A stretch of DNA of 58,298 nt from an uncultured Candidatus Saccharibacteria bacterium (GTDB lineage: Bacteria > Patescibacteriota > Minisyncoccia > Phycocordibacterales > UBA5272), in the NCBI GenBank assembly GCA_964576685.1, contig CAZNVC010000004.1:1-58298 (forward strand), in the 5' to 3' direction. The position numbers were made by a program, and so were the translations under genes. Positions within the stretch are counted from its first letter, which is position 1, and each line of letters begins with the position of its first letter. Below are positions 55,935 to 58,298 of the stretch, piece by piece. The notes below the pieces were generated by a model that was not told the DNA's origin, made no database searches, and saw only the letters and a program-made list of their open reading frames with translations.

Positions 55935-56549
55935 ATGGACACTACTATTACATTAATAATAAAAAAAGCTAAAGGTGCACCAGTGGGGTCTTCAAAAATA
56001 GGAGGCAAGCCACATGTTCCAAAAGATTTCAAATGGCCACTAGGAAAATATGCTGAAGATCCTCTTGGGTTTGTGTGTCAGATAAATATGGCAGAAGTGC
56101 AGAAAACAGCCCCCAGTGATCTTCTTCCAAAGAAAGGTTTACTTCAAGTATTTTGCACTCTTGAAGAAACAGAATTAAGTTCATTTGGACCAAGTCACAA
56201 GATAATTTTTTACAAAGATGTAGCAGAGCTCGTGGAGTCTGAATTTCCCGAGGGTATTAATGTTGCAGAGGCAAGTCTAGAAGAACGTTCAATTACTTTT
56301 GGGAAAAAAGGTAAGGACGGAAGAATGTTGGGAGGTGCCCCTGAGTTTAATAGTGAAGATTTGCGAGGGGTCTTTGATGGGAACAAAGAAGAGCTTCTTC
56401 TCGAACTTCCCGCGTATGGGAATGTTACAAGAAAAGGTGATACGCACAGCATTTTTGGAGAAGGGGTGTTCTATCTTATGATTTCTAAACACAATCTTAA
56501 GCAAGAAAAATTTGATGAAATAAAATTTATTTTTGAAGGAGGATCTTAG
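55935..56549 (+). CDS. DUF1963 (YwqG-like) family protein
   Basis: N-terminal SKIGGKPHVPKDFKWP and later LLLELP pattern typical of DUF1963. Confidence 0.55.
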   Translation: MDTTITLIIKKAKGAPVGSSKIGGKPHVPKDFKWPLGKYAEDPLGFVCQINMAEVQKTAPSDLLPKKGLLQVFCTLEETELSSFGPSHKIIFYKDVAELVESEFPEGINVAEASLEERSITFGKKGKDGRMLGGAPEFNSEDLRGVFDGNKEELLLELPAYGNVTRKGDTHSIFGEGVFYLMISKHNLKQEKFDEIKFIFEGGS

Positions 56550-56659
56550 TTCACCCATCCTTAGAAAATATGGTACAGTGTAAGGAGAGTTCTTTACAAC
56601 ACTTTCCAGTGCCTTTTAAGTGTAAGTACTCTTGGTCTTACAGAGCGTAGGAGGGGAAG

Positions 56660-57124
56660 GTGAATACTTTTTTGGAAGTTCCTATTGACCGGTCTACTCC
56701 GTTTGACTCAACTTCTTTTCTTGGTTCTTGTTGGCGTATCGAAAAAGAGGATGAGCGTTGTCTTCTTCTTACAAAAATAGATATGTCTGCACTATCTCTT
56801 ACAACATTTCTACGTGAAGGAGAGATGTTTATTTCTGGAAAGGAGAAAGTAAAGCGCATCATTTCCTCAAATGTGATTCCACTCGATGCAAAATCGTTAC
56901 AAACTTTCCTTGAAAACCAACATTATATTCCTGATGCTTGGAAGGAAAGAACTAACGGTGTTGTTACTTTTATCTTTTTTGATGGGACGGTACTTCGTAA
57001 AGAGTATCGCCCGGAACGATATATTTTGTGTTTGTTTTGGTTTGAAAATAAATGGTGTTGGTTTACCCACTTGCTCTACGCTAGCTGGGGAATCGGCCAC
57101 TTCTCTGTAGTATTGAAAGCGTAA
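56660..57124 (+). CDS. Hypothetical protein (orphan)
   Basis: GTG start preceded by GGAGGGGAAG. Terminator at 57144-57175. Confidence 0.45.
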   Translation: MNTFLEVPIDRSTPFDSTSFLGSCWRIEKEDERCLLLTKIDMSALSLTTFLREGEMFISGKEKVKRIISSNVIPLDAKSLQTFLENQHYIPDAWKERTNGVVTFIFFDGTVLRKEYRPERYILCLFWFENKWCWFTHLLYASWGIGHFSVVLKA

Positions 57125-57207
57125 GTTTCTTTTTTATGTAGACAAAAGCCTTGCTTTGTGTAAGGCTTTTCTCTTAGTAAAAAAGCGAAGTTGATTCAAC
57201 AAAAAAC

Positions 57208-57405
57208 CTACCGAAGTAGGTTCTTGCAAGCAAAGAGAGGGAGCAATATTTCTGCTTCTTTCTGTGCCTGAGCAAGAGAAGCTTGGTCTTTAACCCATCC
57301 CACCTCATACGGTCGAGGGAGAACGTCTTTCCAGGAAGGGTTACGTGCCGGGGATGTGACCAGGCGTACCGGACCAGCATTCACTTCGTTATCTTGTGTG
57401 CCCAT
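57208..57405 (-). CDS. Small hypothetical protein in a GC-rich patch
   Basis: AGGAGG lies 11 nt upstream. A sampled line is 58% GC. The 3' end runs into the terminator hairpin aacctac-cgaa-gtaggtt. Confidence 0.3.
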   Translation of the reverse strand: MGTQDNEVNAGPVRLVTSPARNPSWKDVLPRPYEVGWVKDQASLAQAQKEAEILLPLFACKNLLR

Positions 57406-57483
57406 AATGAACTGTACCTCCTAAGGTTATCTTCTTAGTATAGTCTCAGTAGTTTATTTGACCAAGGGTTGATCATGGCAATA

Positions 57484-57510
57484 AAAATGCCCTACCGAAG
57501 TAGGGCTTTT
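57484..57510 (-). terminator. Terminator hairpin with UUCG loop
   Basis: gccctac-cgaa-gtagggc flanked by A/T tracts. Confidence 0.7.
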
Positions 57511-57530
57511 CGTTGCATGGGCGATGATTA

Positions 57531-57902
57531 CTACGCGGGAATAAATTTCCATCCACGTTTTTCCATGAACGCACGATATTCTTGAAAGGCACTTCTGCTG
57601 TTCTCTTCACTGTTCTCTACAAAGATATCGTAGAGAGTAGTATCGGGAAGCTGGTCATCATCTTCCCTGAGATGAAGTATTGGCGGGCCAAACGTTCCAT
57701 CGTTATTTTCGATGTAACGCACCCAAGAAACTACGTAGTATCTTGGTGAAGAAAAGGGGTCACAGAGCTCTAGACCTGATGAGGTCCCTTCAGAAGATCC
57801 TTCCACAGGAATAAAGGGGAGGTCTACTTTCTTTTCGAGGACAACCTCATTTGGCCTCATACTCGGATGTAATTCAAGCAGGATATGTAGAACTAGTTCC
57901 AT
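57531..57902 (-). CDS. Hypothetical protein (orphan)
   Basis: 123-aa ORF with AAGGAG 4 nt upstream. Confidence 0.5.
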   Translation of the reverse strand: MELVLHILLELHPSMRPNEVVLEKKVDLPFIPVEGSSEGTSSGLELCDPFSSPRYYVVSWVRYIENNDGTFGPPILHLREDDDQLPDTTLYDIFVENSEENSRSAFQEYRAFMEKRGWKFIPA

Positions 57903-58024
57903 AGCACTCCTTTCGGTTAGAACAAATTGTTTTTATGATATAACTATTTTAAAGGTTTGTCAATTTATGTGTAAGTGAGTTCAAGAAATAATCGCAACAC
58001 TTTGGAAGAATCGGCGATTGTTAA

Positions 58025-58255
58025 GGTGTTTTATTTCATAACTTCGTTACTTACAAAACACTCTTAACTTTCGCCTAAAGAAATGTCGACAAAAATGAGA
58101 AGTAAAAATACTTCACCCAATTTTTACTTCTCATTTTCGTAGACCGACATTTCGCTTCGATTCTCACGTCTGTGCTCTTAAGCACAGACTCTAGGGTCCA
58201 CAGATACAAAAATCCGAACCAGTCTGGTTCGGATTTTTGTATCTGTGGACCCTAG
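58025..58255. other. Conserved multi-hairpin element E1, immediately 3' of tRNA-Ala (homolog of 28269-28503)
   Basis: Hairpins at 58081-58152, 58168-58189 and 58191-58255. The last hairpin includes the final 10 nt of the tRNA. Confidence 0.7.
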
Positions 58256-58298
58256 GAGAATCGAACTCCTCACCTCCGGAGTGCAAAACCGGCGCTCT
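58246..58298 (-). tRNA. tRNA-Ala (anticodon UGC), 3' part only (5' end beyond the window), no encoded CCA
   Basis: The reverse complement reads AGAGCGCCGGUUUUGCACUCCGGAGGUGAGGAGUUCGAUUCUCCUAGGGUCCA. T arm AGGAG-UUCGAUU-CUCCU, U70 compatible with G3:U70, collinear with E. coli tRNA-Ala. Confidence 0.8.

Noticed and set aside
1-58298. Alternative genetic code (UGA recoded), as in some candidate phyla
   Set aside because: An RF2 gene is present. Well-supported genes end in UGA (for example 6648-7661 and 25932-26441), and conserved proteins translate full length with code 11.

Overview
58.3-kb low-GC bacterial chromosome segment. Hand-counted 60-nt lines give about 32-40% GC in core genes. The standard genetic code applies: an RF2 gene is present and UGA is used as a stop. 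The gene style is a reduced RF2, many genes with a -10 box directly before the ATG and no Shine-Dalgarno, giant exported proteins, phosphoketolase/acetate kinase, and GH57/GH15 glycogen genes. This suggests a small-genome uncultured lineage such as CPR/Patescibacteria, which is inference only. Core content: rarA, prfB, ftsEX, a PIF1-like helicase, an ADP-ribosylglycohydrolase, pyrG, xfp-ackA, an FAD oxidase, a glycogen operon, ApbE plus an FMN-binding protein, and PhoH2. A GT2 synthase / CE4 deacetylase / GH26-like module resembles pga/ica exopolysaccharide loci. The most unusual region is 29.1-44.3 kb, where ten co-directional genes all encode exported or membrane-anchored proteins. These are an S/T/P-rich anchor protein, a beta-lactamase-fold hydrolase, a 1,093-aa protein with five ~172-aa repeats, three ~365-aa paralogs, a DUF916/CscA-like protein, one dockerin protein and two membrane-anchored cohesin proteins. 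The repeat protein and the three paralogs share a C-terminal WxL-like domain ending in ATAN[FY]. Two tRNA-adjacent variable regions (tRNA-Gln at 28.6 kb, partial tRNA-Ala at the window end) carry orphan genes, some clearly GC-richer, and nested copies of the tRNA-Gln 3' end without any integrase. They also carry a conserved ~230-nt multi-hairpin element with compensatory base changes. No CRISPR array, rRNA, transposase, integrase or reverse transcriptase was found.
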